Below, one piece after another: positions 13,839 to 28,200 of a DNA stretch of 64,000 bases. How positions within the stretch are numbered: position 1 is the stretch's first letter; each line of letters opens with the position of its first letter. Source of the DNA: Balanoglossus misakiensis (taxonomy: Eukaryota; Animalia; Hemichordata); the NCBI GenBank assembly GCA_040954595.2, contig CM082594.2, forward strand, positions 3,767,319 through 3,831,318, read 5' to 3'. A program made the translations under genes and the position numbers. The notes below the pieces were generated by a model. That model saw nothing but the letters and a program-made list of their open reading frames with translations. It made no database searches and had not been told where the DNA came from.

Positions 13839-16800
13839 TTTATCGCCGTTTCAGGCCTTTCGATTACATAGAAAATTACACTTCATACATATGACGTCAT
13901 TCACAGCATTCCGGTTCGTGACGATATATCGTTTGCATGGTAAGACAGTTTTAAGCGTTTAACACAATCCCGCATTTACACACATCCCTTCTGATAATAC
14001 ATTTGAATACGAAAACCTCGAATTCTCATAGCAAGTTGAATGTAGTGTGACGTCGAAACCAATAACAACAGTACGAAAGAATGTCAGATAGCCATGATCA
14101 ACTACGTGTACAGCAAACATGGGCAAACAATAAAGGTCGTTTGTTTACTGACATGTACAATGTAAGCGCACAAAGATGTTCGGAATCAAAACATGTCCCC
14201 GTGATCTAAATCTGACCACGGAATCGTGTTTGAAATATCGATCTACGGGGAGAAAGTGTAACTTTGTTTAGATAAGTATGGTTTATCTGCATCTGTGTCC
14301 TACACTCAACAACTGTCAAACAAAAACGTTTGTAATCTTTAGGTTTGGGATGTAGTGGAAGCTAATCAAGTCAGAATAATACCGCATTTGTCAAATGGTG
14401 CCAGTCTTGTTATTTCATGCACACGCTGATGCGGGAAGAGCGTTGACACAATATAAAAAAAACGGGAAATGTGAAATCCCGTTAAATTTATATGAATCAA
14501 ATTATTATCTCAAGTAAGACAGTCCTACATGTATGTCGCTGTCGCTGAACTATAGTTTTGAGATAACCAATGCAGTGTTTTGTTTACCATTATGGAATCT
14601 GAAGAATCTTTAGCCGGTAGATTCACTCCTACACCATGTTAATTTCGAGGTTCTGTGGCAAATTGTGCCTCAAATTACTTTTAGCTCCATTCATAAAGCC
14701 ATCAATGCACAGCGCAAAGGCGTACTACCTTGCCACCAGACAATATGGGAATCAAGATGGATGACATGACATACAAGTGCGGTCGCTCTTGTTGTCACTC
14801 TGCAAAACGGAAATTACAAGCAATCATGGACTTTCACATTTAAGACAGTTATGTTGTCTTGTCAATCACGGCGTACAATGTGACCCTAGGGACGCTTTGA
14901 TGGAAAATGAAACTTCTTTAATTCTCTTGCCGAACCATGTCATAGTATTTTATAACAAAGGCGATTTTAAAGATTAAGGTGTGATTTCTCGACAATATCC
15001 ACTGGGGATAACACGCATAACGCAGTGTGCGTTCAACGAATCATTGGGGATTTAGTCGAACCATGTAGATTGTCGTATATATACACCGACACCACTGACT
15101 GTACTACAGTGGCATGCATGAGCACGTTTACTCAGCTGCGTGCAATGGCCACCTTCCGAGACAAACTATTGATCTTATTATCTTTGTGACGTCATCGTTT
15201 GGAGAAATTCCCAAACGATGCACCACCACGCTGATTTTGAACAGTGCGAATTATTTGACAAAGTGTTTGAAAATCGATGCAATATTGTGTTGATTGTGAA
15301 ACGCAATGTGGAGTTTCGGCCTGCTTAATGAAACGTGGGACAACATCCGCTTCTTTGCGGTCTACACGCGTGTGTACACCGGCATAACATGTAATCATTT
15401 TCTCGACTCGGTTTATACATGTAGGTACATATCATGCTGTGTTATGTATACCTGAAGCTGGATCAAGAGAGGGCAGCGATGACTGACCAACATGCTTTAA
15501 AGCACAGAGAACTCCAAAAATGATACACTGTGGTCACGTTCCCCTTTAAAGTAGCAAACATGCACCTGGGGAACATATTTTCAAAAATAAGAGAGTCTTC
15601 CAAACTTGTTAATCATTCGCTTTATCACAATGAGTGAAGTCTTTGGAGGGAGAAGAAAATATAATGAATAGATTTTTTGTACATGTACGTTGTCGAACCG
15701 AAAAGGTTTCAGCTGCGTCATTTCTATTGTGTTTGCGTTGTTGAATGCAAGATTGCCATAAAACTAGCTAAAATGAGGAAATTGCCGAAGCCCAACAGCA
15801 TACAAACAACTGTGTGCTTTTTAATCGAGAGGTTACTTCGTAAAATGAAATTGGCAGATTGTCAGAGGGCCAAATGTTTACTCACATTTATCTATTATCA
15901 CGTTCTAATAATCATTTCCTACTAGAACCGCACCTGATTACCCGCTGGCTAAGGACAGTTCTAATCAACATCTTCGCCAATAATTGTCATGCTTACACAA
16001 AATCAGTTGTGAAGATGTATCGCTGATTAAAATCAATTTTCGTCGATTTAATGTCTTGAAGCAATCTTGGGAGGACTCCAGCCGACGGAGCCAGGTAAAC
16101 GGACGCGCGTTGGATAATCTCAGAAGGCAATCCAATTCGTGTTGTTTTTTAAACAATCATTATGCGTCACTTCACTGACATTTGAACAGATTACATGTTA
16201 CATCAGTTGATTATGGTCAATTACTGAGTAAATCTAACCGTAAGCTGTGGACACACAAGATTTGCTTGTATAATGGCTGGCGAATCGACAAAGCAAATGT
16301 TACAAACTTGTAAGTTTTCTTTCAACTTCTTGAGTAAAGTTTCACCACGTGATGTAAAAGTGACGTCAAACAAGTGGATGGGGTTAATACAATTATTTAT
16401 ATAAAGCTACAAACGACAATGAAAAGGAATAAAGCACAGTCCGTCACTTCGTCCATATTTCCTCCGACACTACAAGGACGACTTTCGGTCATGCGCATTA
16501 CATGCACATATTTGTTTCGCTTGATCTGTATCGCAGTACTCTGCTGTGTCAGATAGGAGATACATGTGTTTGTACGACATCAAAATGTATGATTTTATAT
16601 TTATGGTGCTGCACAGGGAACCTAAAGTTGTAGCCCCACAATAAGCCCAGTTGGGAGGCATATGTGTTATATAACTTTCTCAAAACGGCAAAATAATGAT
16701 CCTTATGCATATCTACATCTAATCGAGTCAGATATATCTTGTCGAAGTAGAGAGCTCTATTTCGATATTGGATATCTTCTTCGCAAAGATAATACCTGGT

Positions 16801-18258
16801 CACCAATAGCTAAGAGAGAAACAGTGACCTATTCATGGAAAGGTCAATATCGATTGATTTTTACCCGAGAGAGTAAATACAAATGAAGTCCTTACAACCG
16901 TAGAGCTTGACATTTCCAAAAGTGAAGAGTATCTTTTTCAGAATTCTACCGTGTGTTTATCTGTACAGTACAACAGTTCTACCTACACACCCACAAACAC
17001 TCACATACATATTTATTGCGTTTTTTGACAAATTTAGAAAATTATTTCTAAGCGGATGAAGGGAGAAAAGCAATTTAGTTGAGTGTTACCGTGTCATGCT
17101 ATTTGTAGATTACTCGGATTAATGTGGTAAATGAATACCAAAATAACTGTCTGTCTGTCTGTCTCTCCCTCCCTCCCCCATACACTCATCAACTATAGTT
17201 GCTCAGGGATAACACGCAATTATGTCGTCTGCCGAGTAGAATCTATTTTTTTCGACTCTTATTTTTTATGATTGGCGATTCGAATCTGCTGTGAAATATT
17301 TTATATCTTCTCTTATCTTCAACAATTCCGTAGTTTATTTTCACGATATGAATTTATATCAAGAAATAAGTTATATTTATTGCCCAACTTCAAAAGGAAT
17401 TTTAAGATATATGTGAAGATAATGTTTGTAGCCGGTTCGTTCAACGTAAAATCAACTTAACGATGGGGTGTGACTGTTAATGCATTTCAGCAATTGACGT
17501 GCGCATGATTTCTTCCCGTCTGTGAGTTTCAGCAGTAGAATAACGAGAGGAATACAATTTTGCACAGAATTTTCTTTGTACATGTAGATATATTCATTCT
17601 AAAGCATTATGATAGAATCACGGTCGTGAGCCAAGCTGCGTATATACATATTGGGTTACAATATTATAATATGGCTTGACTTTCAAATTTACAGCACTTG
17701 CCCTCACTATTGTTCGATCGCCCGCACACAGTGCATGGACATAACCCAAATCTAAGCATGGGTGTGAATGAGCGATTAACAGTTCGGAAGTGAATGAATA
17801 TGCATGCATGTAACACGTATCGTTTAGGATCGCTGACTTGACGAAACTAAAAAATCATTATCGGTATTAAAGAAAACGTAAATAGAAATAGGTGACCAAG
17901 AAATTGGACAGTGTATAAGAAAAAAATCGGTAATGTTCGATATAGCCGAAAAAGCCCGGGGCACCCCCAGTAGAGTCACGTGGTGCTGTTGCGTACGACT
18001 AATCGTATGTGTGCGTGTGTTGCGATCGCCAACATATGCCACCAGACGGCCATCTCGACAACACTGAGAGAGTCTCGTTTATGAAGAGCTCTCGGAACAC
18101 ACACTGCTTCTATTGGCTTCGGATTGATTGGGACGACAGGTGACACGACTCTTAGCCGTAAACTTGTAACTGCTGTTGTAAACCCTCGAGTCAAAGAACA
18201 TGTCTGGTTAATTGATCGGATTTTCATTCTTTTACTCGGTGATGCGGGTTATAAATAG

Positions 18259-18517
18259 GTATGTATTTTTTTCGGGAAAAACTATCGCCAAACGCCAAGA
18301 TGTTCACATTTTGGCATGATATGCTGGTATCAATTTTGACGCGTCTTCGGGGCGTGCGGGGGCACAACAGAAAGGCGTCGTACAATCGGTTGGGAATACA
18401 ATTCTGTAAGTTGAAGGCGATAGTACACCGGTCAACGATTTTGTACTACGTTCAACCGAGTCGTCAGAGCTACTGCGTAAAGGAGAAAAACCTAAAATTT
18501 TCTCTGTTTTATTCCAG
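18259..18517 (+). other. Probable 5'-UTR intron of the receptor GC gene (implies a non-coding exon ending at 18258)
   Basis: Donor AG|gtatgt at 18259 and strong acceptor tttctctgttttattccag| at 18517, 8 nt before the ATG. Alternatively TATAAA at ~18250 could be a promoter element. Confidence 0.45.
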
Positions 18518-18525
18518 GTGACTTA

Positions 18526-19255
18526 ATGGGACTTAAAAGAATGTCAGAGTCTGGTTCCGGAATGAATATGTTTACGAGATTGACCCTACTTTCCGCATTT
18601 TCCAGTTTGCTGTTTTCGCATCCAGCGGCGAGTGCAGGTTCTGCGCCGCATATAACTGTGGGACTTCTGTTGCCGATCAACGGGACTCTGCCGTTTGATG
18701 CGCGCCGAGCTCAGCCGGGCATCGATATAGCGTTCGAAGAGGTGCAGCGTCGAGTCGACAGCGGCGAGTACGTCAACTTCACCATGTCCTACGTCTGGAA
18801 GAACACGGGCACCGAGTGCACGCCGGCTAAGGACTTCGGTCCCGCGGCCGCCGCTGATCTGTACTACAACCACGACGTGGATGCGTTCATCGGACCGGGG
18901 TGCAGCTGGGCGACCGAACCGACGGCGCGCCTGGCCAAAGTCTGGAACCTGGCCGTGGTGTCCGGCGTCGCCACCGAGCAGGCGCTGATTCAGAAAGACG
19001 TGTACCGAACGCTGACCAGGGTGTCTTACAACTCTGCGTCTTTGTCGAACTTCTACGTCAAGGTGTTTGAGCGATTCGGCTGGAGGAAAGCCTCGGTCAT
19101 CGTGGCAGACAACGTGATATGGAAAATCATGGGGAACAGTGTGTTAAACGGGTTCTATGCCTTGGACGACTACACAGTATACGGGGTTGATGTCGACGAA
19201 TCTGCTGATCCTGATTATCAAGAAATCTTAATGGAAGCAACGAAAGAAGCTCGAA
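18526..19255 (+). CDS. Receptor GC coding exon 1 (signal peptide + N-terminal ligand-binding domain)
   Basis: ORF 18526..19263 with a hydrophobic leader and AFIGPGCSW motif; acceptor ttccag ends at 18517; donor A|gtaagt at 19256. Confidence 0.93.
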
Positions 19256-22200
19256 GTAAGTGAATACAGTAGCCTTCAAAATATTTTTTATCAAATGGAG
19301 TGGTGCAATAAAGCGTGCTTTGTTCTATAACGAACAACCAACTCCCAAGTTCCACAGGTGGATATACAACCACTGGCAACAATTATTAATATCAATCAAC
19401 GGTGATGTTATTTGACAAAACCGAACGTGAAGGTCAAACCGCAGAATAGACATCATGCTAATATGACTACTTATAAAACCAATCTTTAGATAAATTTTTA
19501 AACACACAAGAGAAATCCGTTGTCCTAAATCTCAAGGGGTGCAAATAGACCTTGTCAACACGCTGTGATTATAAAGTACACATTAACAGACAGTGACGGT
19601 CATGTTGTGTCACATATGACCTGTTGCGCGTTAATTGGCCGCCAAGAAAACTGAAATTCAAGATTTCGAAGGGTCCACGTACATTTACTTACAAATGTCA
19701 GTGGTCACTGAGAGTTAACTGACTGCCGGTTATTGTGGGAATATTTTTTTCGGATGGCGTGTGTGCACAAAGGATCAGTTATGTTTGCAACCTTGAGGTA
19801 ATGACAGAAAATGATACACTGAGGTCTTTTCTGTTTGGCTTGATGATGTTTTGGGGTCAGGAGGGTGTCAAGTGTATTGACAATCGCAGACTCTTCCATG
19901 GCCAGCCCTGTTTGTTGTTGACGGGGCGTGAATGGGCGAAATCCATTAACATCGAAGGCGTGTCCTTAATGAAACAGATACATGTACATTGTATGTCAAT
20001 GCCCAAACCAATTCTTACACAAATCTCCAGGATCTGTCAACAGGCGATCACGCCATCATCAAACGTCACATTAGCCAAGTTTATATGAGATTTGAATATT
20101 CCCAGTGGATGGCTGTAAGCGTTTCATATAGATTTACCGACTTCAAGATCATTGAATACGCTCAATTCATTTGTATGGCTCAAACAAATCGATGTGTCGC
20201 TCAAGTGCCTGTTATACGGTGTCTTTGTTAGGCGGAATGCCAATTTGAATCCAAATATTGTGTTTTTTTCGACCCAATTCCGAGTCGAAAGTCCTTCAGA
20301 GCTTGGCGAATTAACCTTACTGTAGCGATAACCGCCCACTTGACAAGGAACACGATTATACACATTTTGTTCGTCGAGTTTCGTGGATGAGGCCCTGTTG
20401 GATTAAACCGTGGTCACATGTACAGAGCATATCCACTGAGTCGAAAAGTTAATATTATATGATGTGTAACAGGTACATGATTCATCTCATAAATAATATT
20501 TTGAAATATAATCACCATGAGGTTACTGATGAATGAAGTGTATAGTGTGCAAGGCCATATCATCCCATGCAGTCTTTATACCGCAGTGAGATTCAAATTA
20601 TTTTCATAAATTTATTTCTCCGCAAGCTTCTAATTAAACTAGAAATTTTAATGGAGGTCTTCACTGTGACATTGATGCCTCCTTTCATAAAACAATGTCC
20701 ATTTCGGGTTCGCTACAAATTGTGGTCTAATTTTTGTCGCTTATGATTCATTAGAACCTTTAAGATTTTCTGACAGTCTCCTCAGTTAATGAACAAAACT
20801 CAAACCCAGTCCCTTATTTCCTCAGTTTAGACTTTCCTCATAATTTACCTACTTTCCTAATAATTTTACCTAAACTATATACGCACGGTAAATCTATGAG
20901 ACCAGAAATGTGTAAGAATATCTGATTCACTTAAAAGTATCTGATTACACTTAACTTGAATTCGATATCGGTTGTGACATAAATGTGACGTCATCGGTGA
21001 AGTCATAGAAAATATGTATGCCAAAGCTGCAGCTGTGTAGGTGATGGCATGCGTGAAATATTAACTGTCATCTTTATCGTTTATGTAAAATCTAACCAAC
21101 ATAAGGGTTAAACGTCTGCGTAGTTGATTCAGCACCGTTTATCATACGCCAACGTATCATTCTATGTAACCGTCCAAATGTTTACCCATTTTGACTTTTC
21201 GCGTACCCTGGTGACTGACAGCTGTTGATTTTGGGATAGCTTGATGCTGAACACTAGACAACTCAGGCTTGGAACTTAGAGTAACGTTTTATATCTTTGC
21301 ATAATTATGAAAATTCGAATTAGTTCATTTTTATGGCTTTTACATCAATAAACTAGTCAGAAATCTAAGAATCGTTGCATGCTTAGTCGAACCTTTAACA
21401 TTTATAAATGGGGTATGACTGCAAAGTGTGCCGACAGGAAAATATGTTTTATTCATCGGAACCATCGATCATTTACTTAGTGGTGGTTATTACGCGGTAT
21501 GAGTCCGATTAACCACTTTATCCCATATAAACATCCTGCTGTGAGCTTATCGTGTCAACGTCCCACAGTTTGCGTTTTCACATTTGTGCTTTAACAATAA
21601 AGTGTATTTTTATTTATCCACTAAAACCATCTTGGTCAATAAAATGGGCGCTTTTTGGACTGGTCGTGAGGAATACTCAGTCCACATGTAAGTATCGAAT
21701 TGTCAAGGACGCGCTCGACAGACAGTTCGATAGACAGTACATTCACCGCCCGCTAGCATTTTTTGTGATTTCGTCAAATGACTGTTTTGTTGAGAAGAAA
21801 TGGATCAATCACGAGGTTGCAGTTTGAATGTGCGTGACACGACGCGTTCTCGTGTCTGAAATCGCAATGAGACTTGATACGGTTGAATTGAGTCATCTTT
21901 TAACTATAACCAGCTGAAGATGTACTCTCGCTCTATTCGGCTAATAGAACAAATTGCGTGAAGAGCTATGAAAGAGAATGTTTTCACTGGCCTCGGGTTA
22001 CTTTTATTAGTCTACAAAATGGAGAAAACAAGTGAAGGACTGTTAACGTAATCGCTCCTCGGGGACAGATTTTCAGGTGAAACGTGCAAATAAGTAAAAC
22101 TTCCCCATCTGTTGCTATGCATGCACAAGACTGTGTGAGCCGTCCAAATCGAATCTAACACAGGAATTAAAGTTTATAGATTCGTGTCGATTTCCCATCC

Positions 22201-25200
22201 AATTTTGAGCTTCCTATCCTCCAGTGATGAATGTGATCGGGGTTTCACAGCTACGAATGCACAGACACGAGAGTGAAAAAACTCGCCAAATGAATAATCG
22301 GTCTCTACCAGTCATTCGTTTTGGGCGAGTTTTTAATCTCATATCATACAAACGGGATGGAAGTTTTGTGTGGTTGGAATTGAACGTTCATTCACTACAT
22401 ATACACATGTACATTAACATAAACAGTGTCTTGCATAAAACATAATTAATGGAAAAGTGGCAGCGAGAGAGATACGTTGTCCGTTTAAAATACGATGAAT
22501 GTAATTTTACTTGATAAAAGCCTTTACACGCGTAATTAGTAGTACCTTTAAAATTTGCACTAACAAAGTAATTTTTGTGATTTTCATGGAACCCGTATTA
22601 CAAGGACGTCGTGCAACCTTAAGGAAGCGATTGGATTATTTCAATACATCATGCCAGCAACTCTACTAAGGGGAAAATGTCAGGGGAAACGTCGTAAATT
22701 GGTCACAGTAATCAAAACGTTTTGCTGTAAAATTCGAATAATTTCATCGCTAAATGAAAGACTTTCATATGAAACATTTAGCAGCAAGTTTCTGGAGCAC
22801 ATTATTGTGACACAATACAATATGAAAGTGCCCCTTTTCCTGTTAAGTCGATTCGCGTGATGGCTGAATTGAGAGGTGTACTTAGCTCACCTGCTAACAT
22901 AACATTTTATAAAGGTTGATTAGCAAGGCGCATGTTCTTTAAAAAATTCTAAGTTCACTGAGGTTTAGTTTGGTACAATGCATTACACTGGTGAATAAAC
23001 GCATGAAATGTTTTTATCAAAATATTTGTTATGAATAAAGAGCAGTAATCCGAATGCATGCCCACATACAGGGCCAATTGGTTCATTACAACGGCATATA
23101 AAAGCTGTCGGTTTGCACTAATCATACCATATCCATTTCACAGTCACATTGCCGGGCAAATGGAAATACCAGCTTATAGTAGTGAGGTAATGAAGCATCG
23201 TTGGGCGAGCACATAGGTAACTGTGATGATAATTCACTTAGTTGGAGATGGATTAAATTGATTCACGCCGAAGCGAATATAACGGATGCAATTTTTATAT
23301 TACATCTACTTCCGCGTCCACTCGTATTGTTAAACACTTTTTCGTGGACAAAGAACCATTTTGAAACGTTGAAATGGCATTGAGGGTATCAATGCTGTGA
23401 TTAAACCGCCAATAAAAAAGCCACGACACGCAGAGAACCAGTTGACCCTATGTATGTTGCGTGGATGAACGCATAGTTTGTTCTTGGTTTTGGAACAAGC
23501 GCAACCCTTCCGCGAGAGGAAAGTTTAATTTTGAACCCCCATCCCCACCCTATAAGTCTTAAACGAACGTTTTGCGAACGTCTGTGTCTTATACATGACG
23601 AGTGTGGAATCATTACTGCTGTGCAAGTAGAGGCAAGTTGTAATTGCAAAATCAAAACTTCTGCATTTGTGATATATAATTTAATAACTTGCCCATAAAA
23701 TGTTAATGAAACTTACAAAATACTGTAAGTGCGTGTTACAGCTTAGGCATATAAATGCCCTCCCCCAACTCCACTGAAATTCGCACGTGAAGTTAACGCA
23801 AAGTGTTTAGAGTATCCCCTTTTCGATTCATGAACACATAGCCGCACTCAAATCTTGTCGACTGCACTATTAATCACGGCAAATTAAGCAAATTCTATTT
23901 CAAGCTGCGCACCGATGGTAAAACCAGAAAACACAATCAAGTTCATTTCTACATCACTTAGGCAACTATGACGCTGAGTGGAAATACTCGTGGAATTCGG
24001 TAAATGGATTTTTCTAAAACGTCCGCTTATTGCTCTGGTGCACTTAATAGACAATCATATTTTACGACTAGTTCACAGCGATGACCCAAAATGCGATAAA
24101 TGCGTGTCCCATTGAGGCAGCGGTGTCGGTTGACTTTGATCTTAAACGGATGGTGTCACATCGATATGTTTTTGGTGAAAGATATTTTGAGCAGCGTGTC
24201 ACATGTTCCACTTGACCTGACGGCAGTAGTACGCGCATTGCACCATTTAACAGTACTCAGCAATGCGTCTCGGCGCCAAGAGATACAGATTAGGTCTACA
24301 CGAATCGTATATTTTCGAAGAAGGAAGTGTCGAATACATCGTTGTAAATGTAATGGGTTATCGAAATATGCACATTGTATGTTTGATTCAACATTCTAAC
24401 ACACTATAAATAGATAATTTATACATATGCCATATGTTACACTCAAAGTTATTGTACTTTATGCCCACAGGCTAGATACGAATCGCAAAAATAGGTCAAT
24501 GTTCCAATATGTCCTGATAAAGTGTCAATTGATGAGATTACAATGAATGCACCCTTCTTCATTTCCTTTCGAACGTTCTTTATTGTTCCCGCCAAGACAT
24601 ATCAGTGAACAAAAGTACAGTTGACCTTCCGATGATATTGTGTACTTCCTGGAAGAACTCCACGCACGATTATCTCTTAAACCTAATCTTAGTACACATA
24701 ATGCCCATTAAAACGTACACATTTGTGGTGACATTTTTATCAACATAGATGTGAGAACTTATTCAACGGTAAATATTTTAGGTGATCATTGAGATTTATG
24801 ACAACATATGCTAGGTTTAAGAGATCTTTTGCCCTGAAGATGTGAGCTATGCAACTCTAAACATCCTTGTCCTTCAGTTGTCAACACCCCAAACTGTAAG
24901 CGGCAATGAAATCCATATGCCCAAGTGTAAAGTAGCGACCAGGAATTCACAGAAGCATCTTTTTTTACTTATCTGATCAGCTACAATATTTTAAATGGAA
25001 AAACATACAGGAAAATGGCTACCACAAAAACTATGTATTGACTTCGATTGATTAATTGATTCATTGACTACGAAAACTACATACTCCATTTCATGCTGCA
25101 TTCATTCTGGCAGTTACCACATTTGCATATTAACAATTAATTTGCATGCAATACACCTTCCCCTTAAGGACATAACATATATAAATTAATAGCCAGTGGA

Positions 25201-28200
25201 GGTTACCTGACTATAGATAGGTTTTTTACCCAAAGGTAGAGTCCCTTGTGTGTATATCATTATTGCAAACAGTCAATGTTTATCTTTGACAACACTCTGT
25301 CTCGATCTTGGCAATGGATGACAGTCCTGGCTTTGAACGCTGGAGACACATTTACGCAATCCCTGAGGCATTGCCGTACCAAAACTTCAGCTCAAATTGC
25401 AATTTACTTTTTACGAGTTGTTAATTTTTTCTCTCCGGAGATTCAATGATTAATCTACCCTGCCCGAAAAAGAATGAATGTTTCATCTGTGTGGCGAACT
25501 TGAACACTGTACTGATGAAGCTTCCATCAAAGGTCGTGTTCTTTATTTCTGAGAAAACGTTAACTAAACCACATTCTATTATTAGTCTACCAAGGCAACG
25601 TTTTTTCATAAAAGATCGCTGGGAGGGAATGACAGATGAGACAAATGTCAACATCCAATAGACTGTATTTTTATCATCATAACTGTTGGTTTTCACGTTG
25701 TAATATCTTCTGATTTCTACCCTCATGCAAAGAGTGATTGCTTATTAAATGCCGAAACGCTCAATCACCACAGGTTGCTTTTTCATATTGTGCTGTCCAT
25801 TACAGTGTATCAACGGTTAGTGCTTTGGCGTTAAAACATTAACTTCATATCATGTGGGTACCTATCTGTTGTTTTCATAACGAAGGTTGTTTTAGAAAGC
25901 GGCAGCAACAACACGGGACAGTTGACTATTACAAGTTGTTGAGCTTATGAGAACGCTTATAAAACGGCATAGACTTGTCAATGTACAAACAAACATGCCT
26001 CTCGGTGTATTTTTTCCGATGGATAACAGACATGGGTTTGATAAAGTTAACTAGTACCTGCCGGCGTCGATGGCTGTCACAAAAGACTAGGTAATCATTG
26101 GAACCATGCTCCAAAACCAACACATTCTGCCCAAAGGGACAGGGTAATCCCTTGATGCCGTGAGCAGTGCGAGTATTCGCCGATGTCTTTTGCGGAGCAG
26201 TGAACAAACGCAGACGCGTTTGTCTACAGATCAGTGTACCAATAATCGAACCGTCGACAAGTCGACATCGAATATGTTTAAATCAATCCGTCTTTCAAGA
26301 GTCGAGTCTGTACAGCGTCGAGGAGTTTTGATCTTTTGTGATTGGCGATGATCAAAAAATGACGATTTCAGTTTGTTTTTATATTTCTCTTAATAATTAA
26401 AATGGTCATCGGTGAGGTAACGGAAATTTGCAGGGGCTGAGAATTGTCATGTATTACATGAAGTAACACAAATTGGCACAGACATGGCAACGAACAAAAT
26501 AATCTGCATGCTGATGTTGTTAGTATATCCGGTAACCCGAGGGACTTTTCTTATCAAAGTTAGCCACAGCCACACAATCGTGCTTGTTCTCACTTCAACA
26601 CAAAAACGTGACACGATTACCGGTGAATGACGTAACAGGCTCGGGAGCTCGTGAAATGAACATGGACACATGTCACATTTCATAGTCATCACTCACGCAG
26701 CGATTCCTTGCAAAGTCGGTTTAATATCTATGGAGAAAAGAAATTAATATTTGAAGTGGCGTACATGTGCGTTGCAAAATTGATTCTAATGGAACTTGGC
26801 TACTTGGTATCAGTAAAGGGAAGCGACTGAAGTGCAGTCTTTAAATTTGCACAATCTTAAAAGATGCCAGAGATACATCTTGACATTTAAGAAGAAACCT
26901 AATAATTTCTGCGTGTCCAGTTTTACATCAAGCGAGAAATGGATTTGTTTTAGAGCTGTTTTAACCTGCAATGTATACATAGTGTAATTTTACTCACAGT
27001 GATAAAAGACGTGTGCTGGAGAAACTACATTGTAATGTTTGAGACAGGAACAAAATTAATAGTTACCATACGTCTTATTATTCAGCAATAATAACATTAA
27101 CAGTTTTAAATCAAGATGATCAGTAAAACCAGATCTACTTTTCTAATAAATGCTGACGCTGAAATCGAAAAAAAACTTTCTTAATATGATAAACATGGCT
27201 GACACTACTTTACATTTTATTTTTACACATTTTTCACATATCAATTTGTCGATTCAGAAGTTTAATTTTTAAAGGAACTTTACCGGTCATTATTCAGTTT
27301 TACATATTAAGAAAAATTTCGTCTTTAGTATAATGGCCTAGAGCTACATGTAGAGGTAAATTGAACCGTATTGTGCACAAGTGCTATACATGTGTTTCAT
27401 CGAATGTATGTAGGTTACACAAATTATAATCCCTCACGAATTTACCCTAACACTACTTCAAGGGTGATTTTCACGTGCAAGAGCTATTTTGCGCTGTAAG
27501 GCACACGGCTTCCGTGATTAAGTGTCTCCTGTGTTATCTCCTTCAAATGTGATCCAGTTTTATGCTCACACTGCGCCATTCAGAAAACGTTTAGAATAGC
27601 ATCCAACCAATTTTGTAGGTTCAAATTGAATCTCACCAGTTTAATACTTAAGCACGTTTCATAGATTAAGTAGTCAGAACTTGGAGCAATGTTTCTCGTA
27701 GCATCTTTCTGATTTTTTCGGACTCTTCCTCATTGTTACTGAATACGATATGGATAATAAAGGCAAAATTAATTATCGTAGAAGGGTTGAAACGATTTAT
27801 AATTATAAATTATATGCTTCATTTTTACATATCATCTTAAACTATATCTGGCTATAGGAGGCCTGCGACATACATATCTTTGGGGGTAAAATGCCGGAAA
27901 CATTCTTTCCATTCAGATCAGTACGTATTAGTGTTTAACGACAAAGATTAATAATTAAGCATTAACTAGCACTGGTATACGTGCCGGGTGAAAACGCATT
28001 ACAAAATTTGCAAAAGCTCGAAGGGACGTTCTTAGGATGGATTAATCTCGCGTGAGTTGATTTTAGTGTCATAATTTCGACTTCACTCCGATCGTTTCTT
28101 TACTTCAAGGCACTGTTCCCCTTTAATGATGGTGCAGGCACAATTTACTCGGCAATACATGTAATAGGACCAAACCCATTTCTTGTGTTTGTTGATGCCA

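Noticed and set aside
18586-18873. 95-aa antisense ORF
   Set aside because: Shadow of the GC-rich first coding exon of the cyclase; no recognisable motif
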